Shown one piece after another: positions 8,658 through 19,100 of a DNA stretch of 64,000 bases. Every line of letters begins with the position of its first letter. The first letter of the stretch is position 1. Made by a program: the position numbers and the translations under genes. The stretch covers positions 5,016 to 69,015 of the IMG/VR virus record IMGVR_UViG_3300010885_075474; one strand, written 5' to 3'. The notes beneath the pieces were generated by a model that was not told where the DNA came from, made no database searches, and saw only the letters and a program-made list of their open reading frames with translations. The stretch is from a virus.

Positions 8658-10526
8658 TTAAAATGGAATGTCATCGTATGCCGATGGTATTTCGGCTTCA
8701 GTATCAGAAGCGGCCATTGCTTCTGGTTCAATATCCGGAGGCGCCTCGCCTTCGCCAAAGTCATAGGCAGGCATTTTGTTGCAATAAAGAATGCCATCCC
8801 GTCCAGCCGTCATGTTGAAAGCATCGAATTTCATGCCGCGAGCAAATTTTGGTGTCACTTCAATCATGGTATCGCTCACCGACTTGGAAGAAATACCATA
8901 GTCCATTTTTCTTTGAATCAGAGAACCCGTGTTGCCGCGAATTTTGCCATCCGATTTATTCTCGTGAATTACCACAACAATCGTATAGCCCTGCGACAAC
9001 CAGCGATTTAAATGCTTTTCAAAGAATATATTGTTCTCTTTGATGTCGTTCGTGTCGTAAACAAAGTCTGCAATACCGTCAATGATTATGGTATTCGGCT
9101 TATATTCGTCCAAAATCAGATCCATCTTCCTGATTCTATCCCCGGGCAAATCCTTTTTCATGGACACGGCCAGGTAGTCGTCAGTATTTCCAAGACCTGA
9201 TTGAATGCAGATATTTCTTTGCGTCCGGTAAAAATAAAATTCCGGTTGCTCGGTATCCACAAACAGCACTTTCCCAATATCATTCCATTCAAATGGCAGA
9301 TCATCCGTGCCGCGAATTTTAACGCCGTGCTTTCGCCGCCGACCATCCGCCACCATGGCGCCCAGCAAGGTCGTTTTCCTTGATTTTTCAATACCCGAAA
9401 AAACGATCAGAGCCCCCTTGAATCCAACGCCCCACCGCTCCGAATTGTACGGCCCCCGCTTTTGCTTGATGAATAGATTGTATTCAGTGTTCGGCTTTTT
9501 ATTGATGTCAAAAGCGCTCGCCTTAATCTGCTCCCATTCGCTCAATTTCTGATCGCGTAATTCGCTTTCAGAGAGGACTTGATCACTCGGCTTATCAGAA
9601 TATCCGGCAGCCGCTAAAGCCCGCGCAGCAGCCTTGTAATCGCCCCTATGCTTCAATATGCTGTACACGCTAAAAAACCTGTAACCGCGACCTGAATCAA
9701 ATTGGCCAATGGATGTGCTGAAGCAGTAGAACAACTTCATTCCCTTGTGCAAGGTAGCATCCACCTTGGTCTTATTTTTTGCGCCAGGTCGATTGAAAAA
9801 AACATGCGTTGCCGTGTTTCTGATCGCCCGGAATCCTTCAGCCTCGAGCATGCTCACTATCTCGGACACACCTATTTCCTCGTTGTATACATCACCAGGT
9901 CGGCGCCCATCTTGGAACGTGACAGTATGCTGATTGTCGGCCATCTCCACATAGGTATTGAAAGCCATGGCAATCATCCAAATCAGATCCCGGTCATACT
10001 CGCTGATGATCGGAGCATCCATCACCGTATGTGCCACTTTTTTGTAGCCCTCACTCGGATAACAAAGTCCAATGCCGCCCTGGCCCCTTGTTTCAATGAT
10101 CGTTCCGTATTCTCGGCCCGTTTCAAATTGCTGGGCATCGTCATAGGCCTTTTTGGCCAAAGCAATATTTGCCCGCTTACAAGTAGGATCTACCCGATAC
10201 CAGTAATGGAAGCCGCCAGATGGCGTTGTTTCCTTCACCAAGGAATCATATAGCGCAGGATCTAATTCTTGGCGCAATGCAGCATCAAATTCCTGCACCA
10301 CCGTCCTGTCTGGATCGTTTTTGATATCCACGTCAATCAACTCCCATTCCCCGCAGATAACGGCCACATTTGGCGCTCCATTAAACGCAGCATCATATTC
10401 CTCGTCGGAAACGCCCTTGTCGCGCCATCTCGTCCATTCGACACCCTTTGGCGGCATCTTTTCTCGAGTAGCAGGAACAAGCGGAACACCTACAAAGCGG
10501 GCTTCGTCCTTAAACGACATCGGCAT
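8658..10526 (-). CDS. Bifunctional primase-polymerase fused to RecA-like AAA helicase
   Basis: LIDVDIK, TTPSGGFHYWY, IETRGQGG; Walker A GIEKSRKT, VDTEQ, IIIDGIAD, VIHENK, RGNTGS. Confidence 0.88.
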   Translation of the reverse strand: MPMSFKDEARFVGVPLVPATREKMPPKGVEWTRWRDKGVSDEEYDAAFNGAPNVAVICGEWELIDVDIKNDPDRTVVQEFDAALRQELDPALYDSLVKETTPSGGFHYWYRVDPTCKRANIALAKKAYDDAQQFETGREYGTIIETRGQGGIGLCYPSEGYKKVAHTVMDAPIISEYDRDLIWMIAMAFNTYVEMADNQHTVTFQDGRRPGDVYNEEIGVSEIVSMLEAEGFRAIRNTATHVFFNRPGAKNKTKVDATLHKGMKLFYCFSTSIGQFDSGRGYRFFSVYSILKHRGDYKAAARALAAAGYSDKPSDQVLSESELRDQKLSEWEQIKASAFDINKKPNTEYNLFIKQKRGPYNSERWGVGFKGALIVFSGIEKSRKTTLLGAMVADGRRRKHGVKIRGTDDLPFEWNDIGKVLFVDTEQPEFYFYRTQRNICIQSGLGNTDDYLAVSMKKDLPGDRIRKMDLILDEYKPNTIIIDGIADFVYDTNDIKENNIFFEKHLNRWLSQGYTIVVVIHENKSDGKIRGNTGSLIQRKMDYGISSKSVSDTMIEVTPKFARGMKFDAFNMTAGRDGILYCNKMPAYDFGEGEAPPDIEPEAMAASDTEAEIPSAYDDIPF

Positions 10527-11163
10527 AATTCTTCTTGCACCAGATATAGAATGAATCAGCGCCGTAAACGGCAGTATGGTACACATGATCTGGATCTTTC
10601 TGAAATTCCGGACCCGCCTTGATGTACTTCATGAATTCAATATGCTTCGCAAAATCTTTGCCCACCAAACATGCCTCGCTCCAATAGCCAACAGCATTCC
10701 CGTCGTATCCCAAGCGAGTACCATGCTGATTCAACCCGGTCGCCCGCCGCACGGGATCGCCGGTGCGCATGTAGTTCTTGTCAATATCCCGATTGACCAA
10801 AATTTCCGCACATTGCACGAGTGCCGGATGATTCGTGTCATGCTTGTGGTATCCCACTTTCCAGCCTTTTTGCTGGCCCAGGATAATCCGGCCCACACCA
10901 CCCCGCTTTGCGGCTTCTGGAGAATGCGTGGGTGCAATACCGGGCTCGGTAGTTGCCACCTGGGCAAAGAGAATAATCGGGTAATTCTCCTTGAAAGTAA
11001 TCAGATATCGCATGTCGTTCCATCGATCAGGCGCATCGTTGTTCGGAGTGCCATCAAAATTGGCGCCTTCCAGGTATACGATATTGAGCGCATTGTCGGT
11101 GCGAAACACAACGTCTCCACGACTTTCCATGTAGGTGATTAAGCGCAAGGCAAGTTCATTCAT
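10510..11163 (-). CDS. Putative peptidoglycan hydrolase / endolysin-like protein
   Basis: ATTEPG, WKVGYH..HPALVQ, VNRD.DK, GLNQH, WSEAC His/Cys motifs. Confidence 0.55.
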   Translation of the reverse strand: MNELALRLITYMESRGDVVFRTDNALNIVYLEGANFDGTPNNDAPDRWNDMRYLITFKENYPIILFAQVATTEPGIAPTHSPEAAKRGGVGRIILGQQKGWKVGYHKHDTNHPALVQCAEILVNRDIDKNYMRTGDPVRRATGLNQHGTRLGYDGNAVGYWSEACLVGKDFAKHIEFMKYIKAGPEFQKDPDHVYHTAVYGADSFYIWCKKNYADVV

Positions 11164-11692
11164 TTTTGAAGTATTTTGATGTGATAAAATCCGTGTTGTC
11201 ATTAAGCCAATCTTCATCGGCAACAATAATCAAATCAAACTGGCCTACCCGCACATAGGCAAATACCTGGTCCATTTTTACCGTCCTTTCCACCAAAACA
11301 CAATCATGCCCCAGTTTTTTCCGGAACTCGTAGGCCATTTCAGCAGCCGGTTTGGAGATGAAATAATCCATCCGCAATTCCCACTGATCGCAAAGGGAAT
11401 AGCATTTAAACTCGGCAGGCAACTTGTCAAACAGTCGCAACTCCTCGGCATCCATGAAACTGCGATTGCCCTCGCGATGTTCGTTAAAAAGATCAAGCCA
11501 AAATTTGTTGCGTTCTGGCTTTTGCGTGAGCATATACACAAAACGGGTAATATGCCAAAAGCCCTCAAAAAACCGAGCGTTTTTGTATTCTTGCTTGTAA
11601 TATTCAAAAAGCGCATTGGAATCCTGCTTGGTATCCCATGTTTTTTTGATGTTTCGGATTACCCGAGTCATGTAGTGCGATAGTTTACCCAT
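11156..11692 (-). CDS. Hypothetical protein, possible degenerate ADP-ribosyltransferase-like fold
   Basis: LFDKLPAEFKCY...VERTVKMDQVFAY spacing. Confidence 0.45.
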   Translation of the reverse strand: MGKLSHYMTRVIRNIKKTWDTKQDSNALFEYYKQEYKNARFFEGFWHITRFVYMLTQKPERNKFWLDLFNEHREGNRSFMDAEELRLFDKLPAEFKCYSLCDQWELRMDYFISKPAAEMAYEFRKKLGHDCVLVERTVKMDQVFAYVRVGQFDLIIVADEDWLNDNTDFITSKYFKNE

Positions 11693-12431
11693 TTTTGAAT
11701 TCTGCTTTGATGTAATTTATGATGGTTTTGTACTGCGAGCGCAGCAAGTGATTGGAGCAAAAGATGATATGCCAATCTCGGAAGCGAATTTTTGCGCCTT
11801 CAGGACTCATAACCTGGCGTCTTGTTTTGAAATCGCCTTCGCATTCCGTCCATTCCTGCAACTCGGATTCGCTCAATACGGCATGCGTCCATTCCTCCGG
11901 GTTATTGCCGGTGATGGTTTTAAACCAATCCAGATATTTTTTGTAAAACGCGGATATTTGCCCCCCCTTATTCGCTGCAAAATATTGCATGGTCCAGCGG
12001 CCCTGATTGATATATGTGGTAAGATGTGGCCACGGCTCGAGAAACATGCCATGATTGCGATTGCCTGAATTGAGTGCGGCATTGATGGCTATTTGCAACT
12101 GCCTGCGCTCCTCTATTTGCCGCTCTAAATTCGGCAGTAGTTCAGCAACAATAACGCTGAAATTTTTGTGTTTCTTTTTGAAGTTCGCCCATTCAAATTC
12201 CGACCCCTTCTTTTTCCCAGGATAGGCTTTCGCGAAAACGCGGAATTTCTCAAAATGATGGTCCGACGTCTGGATAAAATATGCAGTGCCATCAAATGAC
12301 ACTTCGCCGTTCAGTACAAGAGCATCCAGATCGGCAACATCAAATCCGGGCACCGTTTGAAAATACAAAAGATTCAATCGGCCCTGCGATTCAAGCAAAT
12401 AAATTATTCCGAATTGGCGAATGTTCTTCAT
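11685..12431 (-). CDS. Phage replication initiator / replisome organiser-like protein
   Basis: F..F..AYPGKK and PHLTTYINQGRW motifs; first gene of the replication operon. Confidence 0.6.
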   Translation of the reverse strand: MKNIRQFGIIYLLESQGRLNLLYFQTVPGFDVADLDALVLNGEVSFDGTAYFIQTSDHHFEKFRVFAKAYPGKKKGSEFEWANFKKKHKNFSVIVAELLPNLERQIEERRQLQIAINAALNSGNRNHGMFLEPWPHLTTYINQGRWTMQYFAANKGGQISAFYKKYLDWFKTITGNNPEEWTHAVLSESELQEWTECEGDFKTRRQVMSPEGAKIRFRDWHIIFCSNHLLRSQYKTIINYIKAEFKNG

Positions 12432-12436
12432 AACGC

Positions 12437-12468
12437 CAAAGGTAGTCCTAAGACTACACTATTTCAAA
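12437..12468 (-). promoter_or_regulatory. Promoter of replication operon with operator GTAG-N8-CTAC
   Basis: Minus strand TTTG-N20-TACCTTTG; palindrome GTAGTC-CTAA-GACTAC at 12442-12457. Confidence 0.8.
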
Positions 12469-12497
12469 GAGATATTTAATATATTTTTAAAATTAAT

Positions 12498-12809
12498 CTA
12501 TACGGCGTATGAGTAATAAATAGTGGCGCTTGATACTGCGCTAAAAACAGATTTTGCATGTGCTGGTATGGTCAGCCGATCCCCGCGATACATCGTTCTT
12601 TTTTGACCGGCATACATAACCGTGACCGAGCCATCCTCAATGTAGTATTTTTTTGGTTGCTCCGATTCGTCCTCACAAGACTCCCCGGGCTGCAAATGCT
12701 TTTCAAATATGCCTTTTTCGGCATTATAAACATCCGGTTGCTTGCCGGTAATATCTTGAACAAGCGATAAAAATTCGCTCATTGCTTTATCCATTGATTC
12801 GTCGCTCAT
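12498..12809 (-). CDS. Cupin-fold small protein
   Basis: YYIEDGSVTV...GDRLTIPA. Confidence 0.6.
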   Translation of the reverse strand: MSDESMDKAMSEFLSLVQDITGKQPDVYNAEKGIFEKHLQPGESCEDESEQPKKYYIEDGSVTVMYAGQKRTMYRGDRLTIPAHAKSVFSAVSSATIYYSYAV

Positions 12810-13183
12810 TTCATTAACGTAGTTATGACGGATTTTAAATCATCACCACTGCGCTGTACGGCAGCAATGACCCTGTTTTCAGTTTCTTTAATTTGATCGG
12901 GCGTTTTATCAGCCAAGTCAGTAAGCGCGTCTTTCATTGCGGTTAATACAGCAACGTTGTTTTGGATTACAGTTACAGTGTTTTGCGACAACGTTTCGTA
13001 TTTTTCAATCATGTTGTTATACGTCTTGTTGTGGTCACGCCAAAGGTACACAATGCCACCGGCAAGTGCAAGCATTATAACAATAAGTAATGCTACAAGA
13101 AAGCCAAAAACACTGTCTGGATTAAGACCGAATGCGTGGTCCAGCACTTTTTGCGCTGGTTCAATCGCTTGAAGAAAAATCAT
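12806..13183 (-). CDS. Single-TM coiled-coil protein (holin/spanin-like)
   Basis: N-terminal TM helix followed by coiled coil. Confidence 0.55.
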   Translation of the reverse strand: MIFLQAIEPAQKVLDHAFGLNPDSVFGFLVALLIVIMLALAGGIVYLWRDHNKTYNNMIEKYETLSQNTVTVIQNNVAVLTAMKDALTDLADKTPDQIKETENRVIAAVQRSGDDLKSVITTLMK

Positions 13184-13189
13184 AGCGTG

Positions 13190-16100
13190 TTATTTATTAT
13201 AATCTTTGAATAAAGCCTGGATATTTCGGCCAGTTATGATTGCTCGAATTTCGTCTTTAGAAAAGTTGTTTTTTTCAAGAAGCGCAATTGCTTCAGCCTT
13301 TGAAAGCCCTGCTTTTTGTGCTGAATCAAGTGCAAATTTAGCCTCTTTTAACACTTCATTGTACTCCTTGTTGGCATCCTCGTACAAACTTTTCAGTTTT
13401 TCGACATCTTTTTTATATTTCCAGCGGTCGTCAGTAAATATTTCGCGGCTATATTCTTTTTGCTGCTTCAATTCTTTGAATTTGCTGGATACTGCCTGCT
13501 CCATATTTCGGCGCTCGGTCTGCATACCCGCAAGTCCAAGTAGCACATCCTGCAATTGTTTCGGAGGACGATCACCAACCCCTTCTTGCGCAATTGCGCT
13601 GTACACGTCTAATCCAAACTTGATGATACCTGGTTGCAAATTGGATCCAATAAATTGCCCAAGTCTATACCAATCGCCAAGCCACCCTTTTCGCTCGTTG
13701 TAGATATTATCTTTGTTTCGGTCTGATTTATTGTTAATCACCTGGTCTATGGTATTGGCAGTAAGTTCAGGCGACAAAAATGGTTCAACAAAGGAATAAG
13801 CCGCGGATGCCATATCCTGGGCAAATGAATTATTCGATTTGGTTGCAAGTTGAATGATAGGCTTTTTCAAAAATGAGTATGGATCGGTATATGACAGATT
13901 GATAAATGCCATTTCCTTTCCATCCAGTTTTTGCCAGATCAAACTCGCTCGTTTCTGCCAGTCAAACATAAAATATCGGGCAGCATCCTCCTCCTCTTTT
14001 GTCACCCCGGCAAACCATTTGCCTAAAGCAGTTAAACCAACGCCCATCAATCCCTGGGCAATACCCATTCCAATTAAGCGGCGCACACCAATATGGCGCA
14101 AACGAGGATCCTTCAACTCCTGGCGTGTAATAGCTAATTGATTGTATGTTACCCGGAACATTTCAGCGGGAAACGCTACAAACGTGCCGACAAAAGGAAA
14201 TAATTGTATGTTTTTTACAATTTTAGGCACCTTGGAGTAGGTTGGCAGCATAGCAATCGTCAATTCAGCGGCGCGTTCTTCAACAGCCGTTTGCTCGGAT
14301 TTTGACAAATTATCGAAAGAATTGCCATATAGCGCCTTAGCATACCGAGCCTTTTCCGTTTCAAAAGCCAATACCCGGAAAAAATCATCTTCAGCGCCAT
14401 ACAATGCTTCCGCTCCCTTTTTTACAGCGTTGAGGCCGCCACCCAGATACTTTTCAGTCCAAGCATCAACCGCATCGGCATTCATGGCATCCATCAAACT
14501 GTTGATAGAACCAATATTGGCGCCGTTCCCCAGCAATCGAAGTTCAGTCAATCGCTCAAAATAGGCCGCTTGGTCAGCGGGTAGTTTCTTACCAAACGCT
14601 TCTACAAACGACTTAAATGCCTTAGATCCATGTCGGATATCATAAGCATTGTTTACGGCAAACCAAAGGTTGGAAACAAAGTTGCGCACATGCGTAACAG
14701 GCGACAATATGGTTTTGCCATACTTCACACTGGCAGATAACTGCGTGTAGGCCCGCCAGAACGGATCTTGCATTCCTTTCCCCTGGTAGTATTCCTCAAA
14801 CACCTCTTTGATCTCCGGAGTCGTATAGAGGCCGTTCAGCGGATCCAGAGTGCGATTACCTTCAGAAGAAATTTGAGCAACGGCATCGCCAGTAGGTTGC
14901 TTGAAAAACAAGTTGCCCATTTGCGATTCTCGCAGATCTGTTAAGAACAATTGATTTTCCAAAGCATTCACCGCCCGATAGAGCGATTTTGCAAAATTCA
15001 GGCGAGGATCGTGATATTCGCCCATTAATTCGCGAATTTCTGGCGCAATATCTTTTCGCTGCCGGAATGAATTCAAGTCCTTGGACCCTAATTTTCCCCG
15101 CGACAGCATGCTCACCGGAGAATCGTCGGTGTATAGGATGCTATTTAGTTCAGCCTCAATATTATTAAGAGTGTGGGTGAGCACATCAATCTTCGCCTGA
15201 TTATTTTCAACCACCTTTGACTGCTTTTGATACAATTCCGCAATGGCTTTCCTGGCGCCCACAATCTTTTTGACAGCAATTGGCAACCCCACTATGTCTG
15301 CATTGGTGAGCGCATCTACAACAGCAAAATCCTCAATTTCCATGTCCCGCGCTGCTTTCGCACGTTTTTTGAAATCGGCCAATCTTTGTTGCCAACTTAC
15401 AAGCGAATTGTCAAGCGACTTGTTTGGAACACCTTTGTTTGCCACAAACGCTGCTTGTTTCGCCAAGATGTCATTGATTTTATCCTGGGCGTCGGATATT
15501 TTTTGATCCAGATTCGCAATTGCATCAGCAATTTTGTCTTTTTGCGCCTGAATCTGATCGTCTATTTCATCAAGCCGCATAATCTGATCTTGCTCAATCT
15601 GCTTAATCTGATCTTCAGCCTGTTTTTGCAGGAAATCGCGAGCCTCTTGTAAGACGCGAGGATCTAAACTGTCCTTGTATTTTTCCCAGTCCTTGGTATC
15701 ATGCACTTTATAAGATCTATATAGGTATGTGCCAATTGCTCCCTTGTGCTGATTCAAAAAGTCGCGTATGGCATCTACTTCTTCAGCAGTGCGCTCAAAT
15801 GGCAATTTACCCAGCGCTTTTGTCAGGTCAACTCCTTGGTAGTTTTCGAGGTCGGCAGCATCCACGTCTATTCCGGCATTCTGCAAAACCGTGACAATCA
15901 TTTCACCGCCCGCAATCCCCGATTGCAGCAAGTCCAAAGAAACACTGTCTTGCAATTCTCGGATTTTCCGCAAAGCATCTCCCACCGCTGGAGGCAACAC
16001 GGTCCAATCGCCCGTTCCCCGCAGCACATTGTCAACCATGCGCCAGTGCGTATCGTTCAGATCCTTGCCATAGGCTTCTTTCATGGCAGATTCAAGTTCC

Positions 16101-19100
16101 CGGATATACTGCTCGCCTCGGTATATTTTTGCAGCAGCCCGGCCAATACGGCGCTCGTTTGCGGCATATAGGTCAATAGTCATAAGCCCTCGCGTCGTCA
16201 GGTTCTTTTGCCACCACTTCGCGAATCGCTTATTGTAACGATCCATGAATTTCCTCACCTTGCTTCGAGCATCCAGCATTTCGCCCTTGTCAATTCGCAG
16301 GGTGCCATAGCCCATTCTCAAAGCCATTGCTTCAACAGCCCGTTTCAAATCTGATTCATCCAGCCCTAAGTCGGATGCTGCCTGGGCAATCTTAGCATCC
16401 ATATTTTTCAGACCCTCTTTTTTCAGCTGATCTTTTAAAATATTCTTTGCGCTAATCATCCGGGCATGATAACTGGCCGTAACTTGTGGCGCCGCAGCAA
16501 AACGAGGTTTTTGATTCGTCATAACAGCCTGTTCCACATTACCTACCGGATCGCTGCTTTTTGCCATGGGCATCGCAGTCACATTCGATTCTACCTGTGC
16601 AGCGCCGCGCAAAATCATGGACGCCATCACCGTAGATATGCCGTTTTGATATTGCAATGGCAGGATAATCTCGCCATCGCGAATTTCCATATTTGACTGA
16701 TCCATGAATCGAACTGTGTGGTTTTTCAATTCCGGATACTGCGCAAAAAAATCGGGTGCATCAAATATTTCGCCGACAGTATAGGAAGATTCAGGAAACC
16801 TTTCTTGGCGCACATAAGTGCGTTGAATAGGCCGAAACTTCCATTCGCCCACGTCATTTTGATACCATCCGGTTGCGGCATATATTTTTTCATCGGGCAT
16901 CCCCGCTTCCTGCATGGATTTAGCTGCTTCAAAATTTGCCGCCATCACATTGCGACCAATATCCTCGGTGGCAGAAATTGGCGCATTCGTGCCAGTACGC
17001 CGGGCTTCCGCATTCCGGGCCTCAATCTCGCCGGGCGCTGAAGCGTATTCAATAATGCTCGCTTCCTGATCCTGTTTTAGTGCGGAATTAATTTCGTCCG
17101 TGCTTAATACTGCGAGATTTTTGAAGTCTTGCAATTCGCCAATATCGTCAAGCAATTCCTCTACTTCCGGATGTTCCTCGAAATATTTTGCCATGCTTTC
17201 GGGGCTGCCATTCATTTCCATAGAAACGATATTCGACAGCGCCGCGTCTACTTCCGGAGAAATCTTGCGGCCAACACCGGTGTTTGCGCCCTGATCAAAG
17301 CCTTCGATATTTTGAACGGCATGCTGGATCTCGTGAACCATAATGTTGTTCAACTTCTCTACATCGCCAAGGTCGGCGCTGGATACCTCTATCTGCTTGC
17401 CATCAAACGAGCCTTGGCCCGGATTGAGGGAATCGTTTACGACAACCTGAATATTTTTCAATTCAGGATAAGCCTTGTACAGACGAGGCGCATCAAATAT
17501 GTCGGATAGTGACCACGGGCCACCTTGCAGCAAATTTCCTGCATTCACATTCCCATACGGAATTTCAGAACGCCATTTGCCATCCCGACCGCGCTCCCAT
17601 CCGGTTGCAGCCCATATTTCGTCGGGCGTGGCGCCGTCCTGCTCCATCTTATCGGCAATCATTTTATCTTCCATCCGACCCGCCCTGGCAGCACCTCTTT
17701 CGCCTATGATCTGAAATTTGGCCATCTCGCCTATTTCGTCTTTCATTTGGCGTACATCCTCGGACGTTTCCTTCAGCAAGGTTTTGCCCCCGGTAAGCAA
17801 CACCGCCTGCCGGTTCACATACTGCTCCAAAGTCATATCCTGGGGATTGAAGCCAATTGCCCGCTGAATGCTTGACCACATATCGCTTAACCATCGCTTA
17901 AATTTCACCAATACAGTGCTGTTGGTGATAAAGGCGCCTTTTTCCCCGATTGCTTGGGCCAATGCTTCTTCCGCTTTTTCTTCCTCGCTCAAATGCGCAT
18001 ATGCCGGGTTCTCCAAAACGTCGGTGAAATAATTGGATTGCTTCACCAGGTCAATCCCTTTCGCGTACAGCGTGGGCTGATTTTTGCGCATCCAAGAATT
18101 CCAGATATGGCCAAATTCATGCACCGGCGTATCTGGCCGGGCCACGCGAGGATCAATATACACCTTGCCATTGCGCTCAAATCCCATCACCTGGCCCATC
18201 GCTTCAGTGTTTGGAATCTCGCCAGACGCCACCATTTCGTCTTTAACGGCATCAATTTCTTCCGTATTGGTTACGACAGTCACGTTTGGAAATGCCCGCC
18301 TGATGCGCTCAAATACCCGCCTGGTAGCTTTATCCATCTCGTTCTTGCTCATGCCGTGCAGCGCCTTGGCAGCATCCAATTGTTCCTGGAATGTGGCAGC
18401 CTTTTTAAATCGGGCCCGATTGCGGTATCGGCGTAATGTGGCAGCGGCCCGGGTGAGTAAGCCGCCCACCTCGCCATCTACTTTTTCATTCCGGACGTCT
18501 TGGGCATGGTCCAATCCATCGGCCCGGCGCTCGGATAATGCGGCGTCCAGTTCGATTTTCTTATCGGCAGCCATGGTCCAGGTTTGGCTGATTGGATCGT
18601 AGATTGCGCCTGCTTCGCGCAAGGCATCTGCATAGTGCCCGGCATCGCTTACTACAAACGATCCATCCGGCAGCACCGTCACGGTAGGACGGTTCAGTTT
18701 GTCGTTTGTTTTGGGCAATGACTCGGGTAATACCTTGTCTTTGGGTTCATCGCGCAGTTTCTCGCGCAATGACATCGCTTTGTCATAAGCCGCCTGCGTT
18801 TCAACATCGCGATCTCCTTGAAGATAGTTGAGCGATTTTGTGTAAGTCAAATTGTCAATTATTCCAGACCGCACCATTTCAGCCAAGTATTCAGGCGTCA
18901 ATTCATCTGGCAATGGCGCTTCCTGCATTTCCTCGTCTATCTTGTTGGATAGATCGGTAAGTTCTGCCGTGCCGGTGGCATTTTGAACTTGTTGCTCTAA
19001 ACTCGCGACATCCGACGCTGGAGCAGCAACTGATTGTTCTTTGGATAGTAGGGATTCTACTGCTTTTACAAGTTCGGGATTGCTACCATCTGCTTTTGCT

